Below are positions 50,886 to 61,212 of a stretch of 64,000 nucleotides of DNA, piece after piece (position 1 is the first letter of the stretch; the number at the start of each line of letters is the position of its first letter). The DNA comes from a virus. The notes below the pieces were generated by a model, which was not told the DNA's origin, did not search any database, and saw only the letters and a program-made list of their open reading frames with translations. The stretch spans positions 32,001-96,000 of IMG/VR virus record IMGVR_UViG_3300024999_000034; one strand, given 5' to 3'. The position numbers and the translations under genes are program-made.

Positions 50886-51148
50886 TAGTCATTACATTAA
50901 GGAGATGAGAATTATGGGAAAATATGATTTAACAAGTAAGCAGATATCATTATTAACAACAATGTTATTAAAAAATGTATTGTTTACATGTGAAGACAAA
51001 TAACACCAAGCAAAAGTTAGAACAGACAGTAGAGAACTGTTTAAAATGCTTATGAGTAAACACAATGAACAAGAATCTGAGGAGTTAAAAACATACGCTA
51101 GTTATTAAACTCTAAATATTTTGCCTTGAAAGGAAGGTTTCGAAGGAT

Positions 51149-51334
51149 ATGGATAATGATGTTCGTCAAATTGTGGATAAGTGGGAAGACGCATTTAGAA
51201 AAGTTAATCAAAAAGAACCTCCTACTATTGAGTATGTTCGTGGGTGGATTAGATTTGCAAATACTGGTCAAAAAGTTAGGAAGAAACAACTTATTGAAAT
51301 GACCGAAACACTTTTACAAAGAGTTAATTCCTAG
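51149..51334 (+). CDS. hypothetical protein
   Basis: 61 aa. Confidence 0.6.
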   Translation: MDNDVRQIVDKWEDAFRKVNQKEPPTIEYVRGWIRFANTGQKVRKKQLIEMTETLLQRVNS

Positions 51335-51403
51335 TAAAATACTATTGTATGGGAAATTGAAAGATGAATTTATTGGCTCTAAGGAGCAGAAAGAGGTATA
51401 AAA

Positions 51404-51730
51404 GTGAATAAATTAAGAGTATGGCACATCCCACAAGTTGGTCATGATGCAATATTATATATCCCAGTTGAAACGGCAGAGGAAGGCAAGAAAGTTATGG
51501 ACATTTTAGCTTGCTATGATCTATTTCAACTAGAGAATAGAATTAAACCTGATTATTGTAATATTTCTGGACTTCAAGTATTTAATGAAGAAAAGCAAGA
51601 ATGGGAAGATTGGATTCTTGAGACAGAAGATAATTATTTTGATAATGTTGATGAGTATTTTGAAGACGATGAAAAATGCAAATGTTTGTTAAAGAGTTGT
51701 TTAGGCAACTTAAAGGGAATTAAATACTAA
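51404..51730 (+). CDS. P22 gp17-like (superinfection-exclusion-annotated) protein
   Basis: KLRVWHIPQV...YDLFQLENRIKPDYCN..GL matches the family pattern as recalled; tail possibly frameshifted. Confidence 0.65.
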   Translation: MNKLRVWHIPQVGHDAILYIPVETAEEGKKVMDILACYDLFQLENRIKPDYCNISGLQVFNEEKQEWEDWILETEDNYFDNVDEYFEDDEKCKCLLKSCLGNLKGIKY

Positions 51731-51925
51731 TTGAAAGGATTGATATTAATGGATAATAATAATAAGGAATATTTTGAATTTCTTGATGATTTAAGAGACG
51801 GTGGCACGGTTAATATGTTTGGTGCTTCGGTAGACCTTAGAGAAGAATTTGGTTTAGGTAAAAGTGAAGCTAGAAAAATTCTTAGTCAATGGATGGATAC
51901 TTACGATGAAAGACATCCAGAATAA
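51731..51925 (+). CDS. hypothetical protein
   Basis: FLDDLRDGGTVNMFGA pattern of a small phage family. Confidence 0.65.
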   Translation: MKGLILMDNNNKEYFEFLDDLRDGGTVNMFGASVDLREEFGLGKSEARKILSQWMDTYDERHPE

Positions 51926-51983
51926 AGGCAATCCCTCGAAAGCCCGATTTCCTAGTATCGTAAAATGAAAGGATGATAAATCA

Positions 51984-52316
51984 ATGGAATTAGAAAACAA
52001 ATTCAATCAATTATGCGTATGGCAAGGTACTGTACTAGAAGATTCAACAGTAGATGATTTCATAAATTTCTTCAAAGAAAATTTTAATGCAAGAATAAAA
52101 TTTTGTGAAGAAGTTAAAACAAATGGCAGTGTTGAACGCAATGAAGAAGGTGGAAGAAACGACATCTTATTTTACATTCATGATGATGATATTTCTCACT
52201 TTGCTGTAAATAGATTAGAATATGGTATAAGATGGTGGGAAGATGTTGTCTCATATAATGATAATTCTTATTTATATTCTCAGGAAGTTTTGAATAAATA
52301 TCAGGTTAAGTGGTAG
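51984..52316 (+). CDS. hypothetical protein
   Basis: 110 aa. Confidence 0.7.
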   Translation: MELENKFNQLCVWQGTVLEDSTVDDFINFFKENFNARIKFCEEVKTNGSVERNEEGGRNDILFYIHDDDISHFAVNRLEYGIRWWEDVVSYNDNSYLYSQEVLNKYQVKW

Positions 52317-52326
52317 AAATATTATA

Positions 52327-52353
52327 AACTGATTCGACAAAGGGCGAACAGTT
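52327..52353 (+). promoter_or_regulatory. bulged hairpin with ACAAAGGG loop (copy 2)
   Basis: AACTG-a-TTCG-acaaaggg-CGAA-CAGTT directly before RBS. Confidence 0.55.
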
Positions 52354-52367
52354 AAGAAGGAGTAAAA

Positions 52368-52874
52368 TTGAAAATGGGTATAAGCACATGTGGAGCATTA
52401 AAAAGGGAAATAACTGCTAAAGAAGTTTTTGATTTTGTTGTAGCAAATTTTGATCAAAAAGCCAAGTTAGAACAAAATTCAACCAACTCTCATTATATTA
52501 ATTTAAATTATCTGGGAGAAGTTAGATCCCTTCATATTTATTATGGAAATGATTATAGAGAAGAAACAGATGGATATAGTGCAAATAACGAAATTACTGA
52601 GATTGTCGTTAATAAATGGGGTCATGCTGAACAAATCATTGAACCAATCGTGAAACATTTTGGAGGTTGGTATATAGCTGATGACTGTATTAGTAATCGA
52701 GATGAACATGTTATATTTTATGAATTCAATCAAAATACAGACATTATTATAACTACTCCAATTGAGAGATATGTTTTTGATAAAATGGTTGAAGAAAAAG
52801 ATTGGAAATTAAAAATTAGACTAGCACAATTTATTAAAGACAATTTAGATGAGATTAAAACCTTCCAAAGATAG
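52368..52874 (+). CDS. hypothetical protein
   Basis: AAGGAG RBS, 168 aa. Confidence 0.7.
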   Translation: MKMGISTCGALKREITAKEVFDFVVANFDQKAKLEQNSTNSHYINLNYLGEVRSLHIYYGNDYREETDGYSANNEITEIVVNKWGHAEQIIEPIVKHFGGWYIADDCISNRDEHVIFYEFNQNTDIIITTPIERYVFDKMVEEKDWKLKIRLAQFIKDNLDEIKTFQR

Positions 52875-52918
52875 AATTGAACGGAAATTTAATTTAAAAA
52901 TGAAAGAAGGAAACAACA

Positions 52919-53209
52919 ATGAGTTATGATGATATCAAAAGACTTGAACAACAATTAAAGGATGCTAAGACTAGCCAAGAAAATTTAGAAAGAAATTGCA
53001 ATCACCAATGGAGCGAAGTTAAATCTGACCCTGAAAAATTTAGGGAGGAATACTTAACCGGAGAGTATGAAACACAAGGAATTCATATGTGGCCTAAAAG
53101 TTCTTTCAAAGATTCTTATAAGAATAGATGGAGTAGAACTTGTAAGAAATGTGGTAAAACAGAGTATACTTATGAACAAAAAGCGGTTAAATATGAACCT
53201 AAATTTTAA
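52919..53209 (+). CDS. hypothetical protein
   Basis: CNHQW...CKKCG. Confidence 0.65.
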   Translation: MSYDDIKRLEQQLKDAKTSQENLERNCNHQWSEVKSDPEKFREEYLTGEYETQGIHMWPKSSFKDSYKNRWSRTCKKCGKTEYTYEQKAVKYEPKF

Positions 53210-53494
53210 GGAGGAAGGAGTAAATTAATCAATGGATAAAAACTATTTATTAACTTATCAAAAGGGAAATTGTCAATCTTATGCGTGGTTTGATACAGAA
53301 GAGGAATTAGATGATTTTGTAGACAAATATGATGCTGATGTAATTGAAATTTTTAAGATTAATGATATTGAATTAATAAGCGAATAGGAGGCAATTATTA
53401 TGAAAGGTGGTGGTGATATATATGATTGTAAATAAATATTATTAATAACATTAGTAAAATATAATAATTTAAAGAAAGAGGTAATAAATAATAT

Positions 53495-54394
53495 ATGACA
53501 ACGGTCAATACACATGCATTATATGTTCAAAATCACAGAACAAATGATAATGGAATAGTAGAAAGAAGATGTACGAAATGCCAAGAATGGTTGGAAGAAA
53601 GCTATGACAATTATTACTATGTAAATAAAAAAGACGTAAATAAAAAATTTCTACCCGAATGTAGAAAATGTACCGTTAAAAGATCAAGTAAAAACCAAGC
53701 CGAAAATAAGGATAGAGCAAGTGCTACTCAAAAAGCATGGAAAGATGAGAGAAGAGATGAATTACACGATGCTTTTAGAGCATGGAAAAAATCAGTTATA
53801 GGACATATTAGACGGTATCAAAGAGGATACCAACAATCAAGCAAGGGTAAGAGTAAATATAAAGTATACGGTCTAAAAAGATATTTTGAAAAGAATCACG
53901 ATATTAGTTCTAAAGAGTGGATTGCTTGTAAAGACTATTTTAAAGATAAAGATGGTGATTGGAGTTGTGCCTACTGTGGATTAAAAATACAAGATCACTT
54001 AATAGATCGTGCAGGAAATTTGGTAAAGAGCGACTTTCATAAAGAACACAATAACGATAAGGGGTCAAACGATCTGAGTAATTGCATACCTAGTTGCGGA
54101 AGTTGTAATTACAAAAAGTGGTCATTTCCTTTCGAAGAATGGTATAGGAATTATGAATATTTTAACGAAGATAGATATGATAAAATAATTAAATGGATAG
54201 AGGAGGATTATAAATTTTATATTGAAGATAAACCACCATATCGTATTAGAAAAAAGAAGAATAAAGATAACAATAAATTTCATCATGAATTATGGACTGT
54301 TGACAAGTACAGAAATATGATAGAATGTATAGCAATAGCAGATAAAAAGAAAGACTTACATACATTTATTCAAAAATATTTTAATGTTGCATAA
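53495..54394 (+). CDS. HNH endonuclease with N-terminal Zn finger
   Basis: CAYCG...FHKEH...GSNDLSNCIPSCGSCNYKK. Confidence 0.8.
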   Translation: MTTVNTHALYVQNHRTNDNGIVERRCTKCQEWLEESYDNYYYVNKKDVNKKFLPECRKCTVKRSSKNQAENKDRASATQKAWKDERRDELHDAFRAWKKSVIGHIRRYQRGYQQSSKGKSKYKVYGLKRYFEKNHDISSKEWIACKDYFKDKDGDWSCAYCGLKIQDHLIDRAGNLVKSDFHKEHNNDKGSNDLSNCIPSCGSCNYKKWSFPFEEWYRNYEYFNEDRYDKIIKWIEEDYKFYIEDKPPYRIRKKKNKDNNKFHHELWTVDKYRNMIECIAIADKKKDLHTFIQKYFNVA

Positions 54395-54398
54395 TTAA

Positions 54399-54431
54399 TT
54401 ATTGGAGTTATATAATTTATAACTCCAATAA
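54399..54431. terminator. 14-bp perfect hairpin after HNH gene
   Basis: TTATTGGAGTTATA-taatt-TATAACTCCAATAA. Confidence 0.55.
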
Positions 54432-54465
54432 CCCAATAATCTAGAAGGAAAGGAATTGATAAATT

Positions 54466-54719
54466 ATGAATGAAAAAATTGCTATTCAAATAATCAAAAA
54501 CAATTATCCAGATAATTCAACTGTTTTTGGAGAAGCATTAGATTTAGCAATAAAAGCTTTAGAGAAACAAATACCTAAGAAACCAATAATGGAAAATGGA
54601 ATCCTGCTCGATGCCCTTCGTGTGATGAAGCATTGAGTGAAAGTGCAGGAGATGGTTATTATACACATTCTTATCATTTAAAGTTTTGTGAGTGTGGGCA
54701 AAAATTAGAGTGGAATTAA
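54466..54719 (+). pseudogene. small Zn-ribbon protein with -1 frameshift at A4 (54593-54596)
   Basis: ALEKQIPKKP then, after restoring one A, RCPSC...FCECGQKLEW. Confidence 0.65.
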
Positions 54720-54747
54720 AAATTATATTTAGAGGGAGGAATATTTT

Positions 54748-54945
54748 ATGAAAAGAATAAGAATTATTTCCAATAGTCCTCAAACTGAAAATTGTAGTGA
54801 TATTAGTAAGTATGTCGGACAAGAGTTTGATGTATATGAAGAAAATATATACGATAATCATATCAAAATGATTAAACCTAATGACCCAGACTATATTATT
54901 ACGATTTGGAATGAAGAATTTGAATTTGTTAAAATGTCTAACTAA
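54748..54945 (+). CDS. hypothetical protein
   Basis: GGAGG RBS. Confidence 0.6.
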   Translation: MKRIRIISNSPQTENCSDISKYVGQEFDVYEENIYDNHIKMIKPNDPDYIITIWNEEFEFVKMSN

Positions 54946-54993
54946 ATACTTTGAATGACTCATTTCAAAGGTATATTGAAAGGATGATGAATA

Positions 54994-55323
54994 ATGACAG
55001 GTTTAGAATTATTAAAAAATCAGATTGAAGCACTAAATACAACAGAGTTTTTAGTTTTAGTAGAAGAGGAATGTGCAAAAAGAAAAGTTGCTAGAGATAA
55101 TGTCAAAGGTGGCAATGACATTGAAATTAACAAAATCTATATGTTACTAACAGATCAGTTTTGGATGAGAGAAATTTTCGTAGTATTGTATAATGGTATG
55201 TATCAAGGATTTAAATTAACAGAGTTAGAAGCAAAAGAAGCAGTAATACATTTTAGTAGATATTGTTTTCCCAATAATGCTACTTATAAAAGAGAAATTG
55301 TAGATTTAAGAGATATTTATTAA
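54994..55323 (+). CDS. hypothetical protein
   Basis: 109 aa. Confidence 0.65.
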   Translation: MTGLELLKNQIEALNTTEFLVLVEEECAKRKVARDNVKGGNDIEINKIYMLLTDQFWMREIFVVLYNGMYQGFKLTELEAKEAVIHFSRYCFPNNATYKREIVDLRDIY

Positions 55324-55351
55324 TCAAATTATTTAGAAAAGATGATGTAAA

Positions 55352-55690
55352 ATGTCTAAATGTTTAAGATGTGGTCATTGCTGTAAAGATTATTTATGCT
55401 TTGTGCCAAAATATGAAACCAGTAATTTATCTCCTGAATTTTTGGAAACTATAGATGAAGATCGTCTAGATGATTATATAAATGAAAATATTGAAGAACA
55501 AGGAAGTGCTTGCAAATGGTTGACTGTAGACAAGTTAGGACTACATTCTTGTTTAGCGTATGATAGAAGGTCTAGTATGTGTAGAGATCATAATTCTTTG
55601 ATTGGAAAGTGTTTAATAGGAATTTCATATTGGAAAGACAAAGAGGATATTCCTGAAGAAATTAAGAGTATGCTAGGAGGTAGAATTTAA
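55352..55690 (+). CDS. YkgJ-like cysteine-cluster (Zn/Fe-S) protein
   Basis: CLRCGHCC...ACKWL...SCLAYDRRSSMC. Confidence 0.7.
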   Translation: MSKCLRCGHCCKDYLCFVPKYETSNLSPEFLETIDEDRLDDYINENIEEQGSACKWLTVDKLGLHSCLAYDRRSSMCRDHNSLIGKCLIGISYWKDKEDIPEEIKSMLGGRI

Positions 55691-55885
55691 ATGAAATTAA
55701 CCAAAGATAAATATGGTATAGATTGTTTTTCTATTATGGTTAATCAAGTAAGTGATATCGGAAAACAATGTGGCGTAGAAACAACTAATTATCTGGCGAG
55801 CGAATATGGTAATGAGCATTATTTGTTAAGAAATAAAGGCGTATTTGGTTGCATTGTGCTGAAAGAAAATTGCACTGTATTATAA
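55691..55885 (+). CDS. hypothetical protein
   Basis: AGGAGG RBS. Confidence 0.6.
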   Translation: MKLTKDKYGIDCFSIMVNQVSDIGKQCGVETTNYLASEYGNEHYLLRNKGVFGCIVLKENCTVL

Positions 55886-55906
55886 TTAAGAAAGAGGTAA
55901 TTAAAA

Positions 55907-56461
55907 ATGAAACTAATTAATATTGCAAACAAAATTGACAAATCCCAAAAGAACGAATCTCAAGTTGACACAATGGAATTTAGCAATGAACTCAACTATG
56001 AATTTGATTATGTAAATCAAGACAGACTTAAAGCTTATTGGATAGGTAATTGGTATTGCACAGACTCTTATGTAGGATATAGAATGTATTTCTTAGACGA
56101 TGAACCAGTAGCAGTATCCATGCAAACAGGTAGAAAAAATAATGAAGAATTTGAATGGTTTAGCAATGAATTGGCTCTAAAGGTTAGAGATTATTTAATT
56201 TCTCTTATGTCTGAAAATGAATTAAATATTGAATTATGTGACATCAATAGGGACATAGGAGATAGTTATCAAATTAATTTTAACTCTGAAATATTACATC
56301 CAGAAAGAGCAATTTATAATGGTGAACCAATTGAAATATTAGAACAAATCAAGGATAAAAATAATTGGGGAATTGGAACAGAATTAAGAATTAAACTCCT
56401 TAGCGGTGAAGAAAAAGTTGTAGATATTAAGGAAATAGATTTTGAGTTTAATTTGGTGTAA
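55907..56461 (+). CDS. hypothetical protein
   Basis: 184 aa. Confidence 0.7.
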   Translation: MKLINIANKIDKSQKNESQVDTMEFSNELNYEFDYVNQDRLKAYWIGNWYCTDSYVGYRMYFLDDEPVAVSMQTGRKNNEEFEWFSNELALKVRDYLISLMSENELNIELCDINRDIGDSYQINFNSEILHPERAIYNGEPIEILEQIKDKNNWGIGTELRIKLLSGEEKVVDIKEIDFEFNLV

Positions 56462-56507
56462 GATATCAATTAATCCATAAACTAAAAATATAAAGGAGAA
56501 TTTAAAA

Positions 56508-56801
56508 ATGAATCAATTAAATAAACTATCCAAACAAGATATTCAAAATAAATATCTTAACAAACCAATACTCATTGTAGATGACGAAAATTCTAAGAAA
56601 TGGTATATTGTAAAAGATACTAATACTTCAATGCCTTTACATTTATTAGATGAAGAAGAGTCAGATTTATATGATCAAGATGAAAGCAATATAGAAGGCA
56701 TTGAAGTTGCAGGAGTAAATGGTAATGGATATTTAATGTGGATTTATTTTAGTCACAATGATGAGAAAAATGATGGTTGGAAAGCATTTGGATATGAGTA
56801 A
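56508..56801 (+). CDS. hypothetical protein
   Basis: AAGGAG RBS. Confidence 0.65.
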   Translation: MNQLNKLSKQDIQNKYLNKPILIVDDENSKKWYIVKDTNTSMPLHLLDEEESDLYDQDESNIEGIEVAGVNGNGYLMWIYFSHNDEKNDGWKAFGYE

Positions 56802-57256
56802 TCTTATATTAGTTAGAAATGAGGAGGAAATATTATGTTTTGTAATCACAAATGGAAATTACTTTCAACTCATACGTTTGATAGTGAATTGAAGAATGTT
56901 ACTGAGGCAAGAATGCAAACATCTCTTATGATGGAATTGACCAAAAGAGGAGTAATTACAGTTTCACAATGTGAAAAATGTGGAAAGATAGTACATTTAA
57001 AAACTATCCTATAGTTTAAAATACTTATTTTATATGTTAGGAGGATTAAAACAATGGATGAAAAAGAAATACCAAAAGCATTAAAATTATATCGAGGGAG
57101 AGATAAAAGAGATTGTGGTAGAGTTCATTGTCCTAATTGTGACCAGTTATTACCAGTAGGGAACGGAAAAATCTCGAATTGCCCGTTTTGTAACCAAAAA
57201 TTGGATTGGAATTTATTGATGAAATAAATTATATAGAGGAAGGATGAGATTCAATT

Positions 57257-57492
57257 ATGTTTATTGTATATGAGATTACAGCAACAGCCCATTTTGCTTT
57301 TTCAATGAACAAAAAGTAAGACATAGAGAATTAATTAGTGATAATATTTTTATCACAGATAAATTCTTAAAGGATTGGGAGCAAAGAGTTATTCAAGCAA
57401 CAAAAGATAATATGAGAGAAGTTTTAAAATTAACTGATTTTAAAATTGAAGAACTTGCTGTGTTGGAATCTTTAGAGGAATTAAGAAAGTGA
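57257..57492 (+). pseudogene. hypothetical protein with -1 frameshift at T5 (57298-57302)
   Basis: Adding one T gives a continuous 78 aa ORF ending just before the next RBS. Confidence 0.45.
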
Positions 57493-57504
57493 GGGGAAAA
57501 TAAA

Positions 57505-57843
57505 ATGATTCATACATCCGAGATAATTGAAGTTTCTCAAGTAGATGATGGAGAATGGATAGCAAAAACTCATGTAACATTTTTCAGTTCAAAAGGTAAA
57601 CAAAATGAAGTGTTTGGAGATGTATCTACTTATTGCTCATTTAATTCAATTACAAAAGCAATAGATACATTGTTAGAAACCTTAAATGAATCAGGAGTAA
57701 TAATTAGAGAAAGTTTTACTTTGGCTTATACTTATATGGGCATTGAAGATCAAGAAAATCCACCTGTAAGTAAAAATTGGAAAGAGATTATTATTGGTGA
57801 AGTTGAATCTAGAGGTTGGGAAGCATTTGTAGAGGTTGAATAA
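57505..57843 (+). CDS. hypothetical protein
   Basis: 112 aa. Confidence 0.65.
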   Translation: MIHTSEIIEVSQVDDGEWIAKTHVTFFSSKGKQNEVFGDVSTYCSFNSITKAIDTLLETLNESGVIIRESFTLAYTYMGIEDQENPPVSKNWKEIIIGEVESRGWEAFVEVE

Positions 57844-57967
57844 AAATTTATTTAAAACTATCGTAACACCATAATAAATATAAAAATAATATGTTTGTAC
57901 ATATAGACAGAGATATTATTTTATGTTAAGATAAATACAAATAAAATAAAGAAATGAGGAATTAAAA

Positions 57968-58543
57968 ATGAATAAAGAAATCGTAAAAGCAAACCAAAAC
58001 ATCAGAGACACCTTTGTTAGTTCGCAAGAGGTAAAACTCTTAAATTTATCAGACATTACCTTGGTTGAGCCAATACATATTAATGCAAAATGTAATTTAT
58101 TTAAGAGAGTTAATAAATTAAGAAATAAAAATGTAACTCAACTTAATAAACCTATTATTGTCAAAGAAGAATCAGATGATAAATATTCTTTGGTCATGGG
58201 TTATAGCGGTTACATGGTAGCATCTTCCTTGGGACATACTAAAGTTCCATGTGTTATAATTAATGAGAAGCGAAAAGAATTAAGTAACAAATTAGGTTTT
58301 AAAAGTCCAAGACTTGCAACCGGATCAGATAAATTTATGCCAATTTATAAAATCATTGTCCCTAAAGAATTTAAATGGGTTAGAAAAGAAAAAGTTGACA
58401 AATGTATAGAATATTTTAAGCAGAACGGATGCTTTGACAAACCTGTAATCATTAAAAATAATGGACTATGCGTTGATGGATTTTCTAGATTAATGGCCGC
58501 TAAGAGATTGAATTTAAGTAAAGTTGCGGTTAAGATTGCATGA
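57968..58543 (+). CDS. tandem ParB/Srx-like domain protein
   Basis: KPIIVK...YSLVMGY..Y..A..LG..KVP and KPVII...VDGFSRLMAAKRL. Confidence 0.65.
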   Translation: MNKEIVKANQNIRDTFVSSQEVKLLNLSDITLVEPIHINAKCNLFKRVNKLRNKNVTQLNKPIIVKEESDDKYSLVMGYSGYMVASSLGHTKVPCVIINEKRKELSNKLGFKSPRLATGSDKFMPIYKIIVPKEFKWVRKEKVDKCIEYFKQNGCFDKPVIIKNNGLCVDGFSRLMAAKRLNLSKVAVKIA

Positions 58544-58968
58544 GCATGATTAAAATAGGCGAAGGATCTGGTAGGAAAGTTTATGATTTAGGAAATGGAT
58601 ATGTTTTAAAAGAACCATATAGTGAAACTGGATTGCAACAAAATGAAACTGAATTGCATGTTTACAATAATGCAATTCAGTTCAGAGAATATTTATGTCC
58701 AACTTTTAAAGGCAATGATCATTGTAACACAATGATAAAAGTAGATTTAATAACTTTAGAAGAGTTTAATCTAATAAAAACTAATCCTAAAATTATTGAA
58801 GTTTTGAGTTATCTATATGAAAATTTTGGTTTGAACGATGATATTAATCATTACAAATCATGGGGAAAACTTAATGGAAAATATGTTTTACTTGATTATG
58901 GATATACTAATGAATTATTTAATGAGATAATGTTTAAATATACAGGTGATATTCAATATCTAACTTGA
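58540..58968 (+). CDS. minimal protein-kinase-like fold protein
   Basis: IGEGSGRKVY...VLK...NETE...LLDYG. Confidence 0.6.
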   Translation: MSMIKIGEGSGRKVYDLGNGYVLKEPYSETGLQQNETELHVYNNAIQFREYLCPTFKGNDHCNTMIKVDLITLEEFNLIKTNPKIIEVLSYLYENFGLNDDINHYKSWGKLNGKYVLLDYGYTNELFNEIMFKYTGDIQYLT

Positions 58969-58986
58969 TTATATTAATTTTAAGGA

Positions 58987-61103
58987 GTGTTTACAAGAAT
59001 GAAAGACATTAAACTTTATCCACACAATCAAGAAACTTACGATAAGATCCAAACACTATGGAAAACTGAAAACAAAGTTTCAGCAGTTCAGGCCACCGGC
59101 ACAGGAAAATCATATCTGATACTAAAGTGTATCTATAATGATCCTGAAGCAAACAAGGTAGTTCTAGCACCTTCTAATTACATATTAGAGCAATTGATAA
59201 ATGAAGCAGGAGAAGAATTACCGAATACAAAAACTCTTACCTATTCTAAATTATCATATATGAGTGATACAGAAATAAAAGAGTTAAATATTGGATATAT
59301 TTTCCTTGATGAATTTCATAGATGCGGAGCAGAGCAATGGGGAGATGGAGTACAAAGATTATTAAATGCATTTCCAAATGCTAAAGTATTGGGAACATCT
59401 GCAACTCATATTAGATTTCTAGATAACGCAAGAAACATGGGAGAAGAATTATTCAATGGAAACATTGTTAATAATCTATCTCTTGCAGAAGCAATTGTAA
59501 AAAAGATATTACCTATGCCTAAATATATTTCTGCATTGTATACTTTTGACGATGAAGTTAATAATCTCAAAACGAAAGTAGAAAACAGTAAAAATGATGA
59601 AGAATCTAAAAAAGAAATGTTAAAAGAAATTGAAATAATGAAGAATAAATTAAACAAAAGCAAAGGCATTCCTAATATTCTAAAGAAACATTTGTCTAAA
59701 GACTATAGTGGAAAGTTTATTATTTTCTGTAAAGATAAAGTTCATTTGGATGAAATGAAAGAAACTGTTGTTGAATGGTTTATGAATGGTTTAAGCAATC
59801 AAAAGTCACAAAACAAGTAGATGTTTACACTATTTATAGTAATTATACAAATGGTGATATTGAAGTCAATGAATTTATAAATAATAAAAATCCTAAATCA
59901 ATTAAACTTTTATTTAGCATTGGAATGTTTAATGAAGGAATTCATATTGAGGACGTAACAGGGGTTATTTTATTAAGACCCACTACATCTCCTATTATTT
60001 ATTATCAACAAGTGGGTAGAGCTATGCAGGTTGGAAATGGTAATTCTCCCATTATATTTGATTTAGTAAATAATTTTAGTAATATGGGAGCAAAGAATTT
60101 TATTAGTGATTTGGAAAAACATGCCGAACGAGAGAATGATAAGCATAAAGATGATAGCGAAAATAATTGCATTGATGTTTCTGAATTTATTATTTTTGAT
60201 GAAATTATCGAAGCTACGGATTTGTTTACCACAATTGAAAATAATTTAATTGGAGATTGGGATGCGATGTATGAGGAAATAAAATATTTTTACAATGAAA
60301 ATGGGCATTGTAATGTTAATACAAAGACTGGTGGAAAATTAGGGAATTGGGTACATACACAGAGAAGGTGTTTTAAATTATTAGAACTAAAAGAAGAAAG
60401 AATTAAATTACTTAATGATATTAATTTTGCTTGGGAAATAAATGATAAAAATTGGTATGATAAAGCTTGGGAAGACACATTTAAATTATTATCAGAATAT
60501 TATAATATATATAATCATTTTCCGGCCAAAGGAGAGGTTTATAAGGAAAACATACTCGGAAATTGGATAATTCAACAGAGAAGATTCTTTAAACAAGGAG
60601 AATTGTCTTTTGATAAAGAAAATAAATTAAATTCCATAAATTTCATTTGGGATATGCACCAAGATAGACGAGAAGAAATAACTAATCGTATTTTAGATTT
60701 TAAACAAAAATATGGTCACTTAAATATTCCTGAAAATTATGTGATAAACGGTAATAAGTTGTTATCACAAGTATATGTCATAAGAAAAGGTTATAAAAAA
60801 GGTAATTTATCTAACGAAATAATTAATAAGTTAAATGGTGTTGGATTTGAATGGGATAATAAGGAACATCATAAAGATATATTTGAAAAATATCATCTAT
60901 ATAATGTTTTAAAAGAAAATAATACAGGTATTGTAGAGTTTTCTAAATTAATAGGAGTCCAGAGAACAAGTGTTGGGGCTTGGGTAAACAATAGAAGCGA
61001 TATACCTAAAAAATATATCTCTAAAATTTCCGAAATGTTTAATATTGAACCACAATTGCTTCAACCACAAAAAGGAGATAGATGTGTTAATAAAATAGCG
61101 TAA
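58987..61103 (+). pseudogene. SF2 helicase (ResIII/helicase C) + helicase-associated repeats + C-terminal HTH, split by an 11-bp duplication
   Basis: ATGTGKS, LDEFH, SAT, FNEGIHI, YYQQVGRA; HA repeats (LGNWVHTQRR...LNDINFAW); TGAATGGTTTA x2 at 59772-59793. Confidence 0.85.
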
Positions 61104-61212
61104 ATTAAATTATCCCAATACAGCAAACCCTACTCCCACGCCACTTTCAAAATCTCAATACCCAATAAAAATTGCATTTTAAATGATTATAAAATAATAT
61201 TGGAGGAATTAA

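Noticed and set aside
59016-59026. DnaA box TTATCCACA (also TGTGGATAA near 51171)
   Set aside because: Isolated single copies inside coding sequence.
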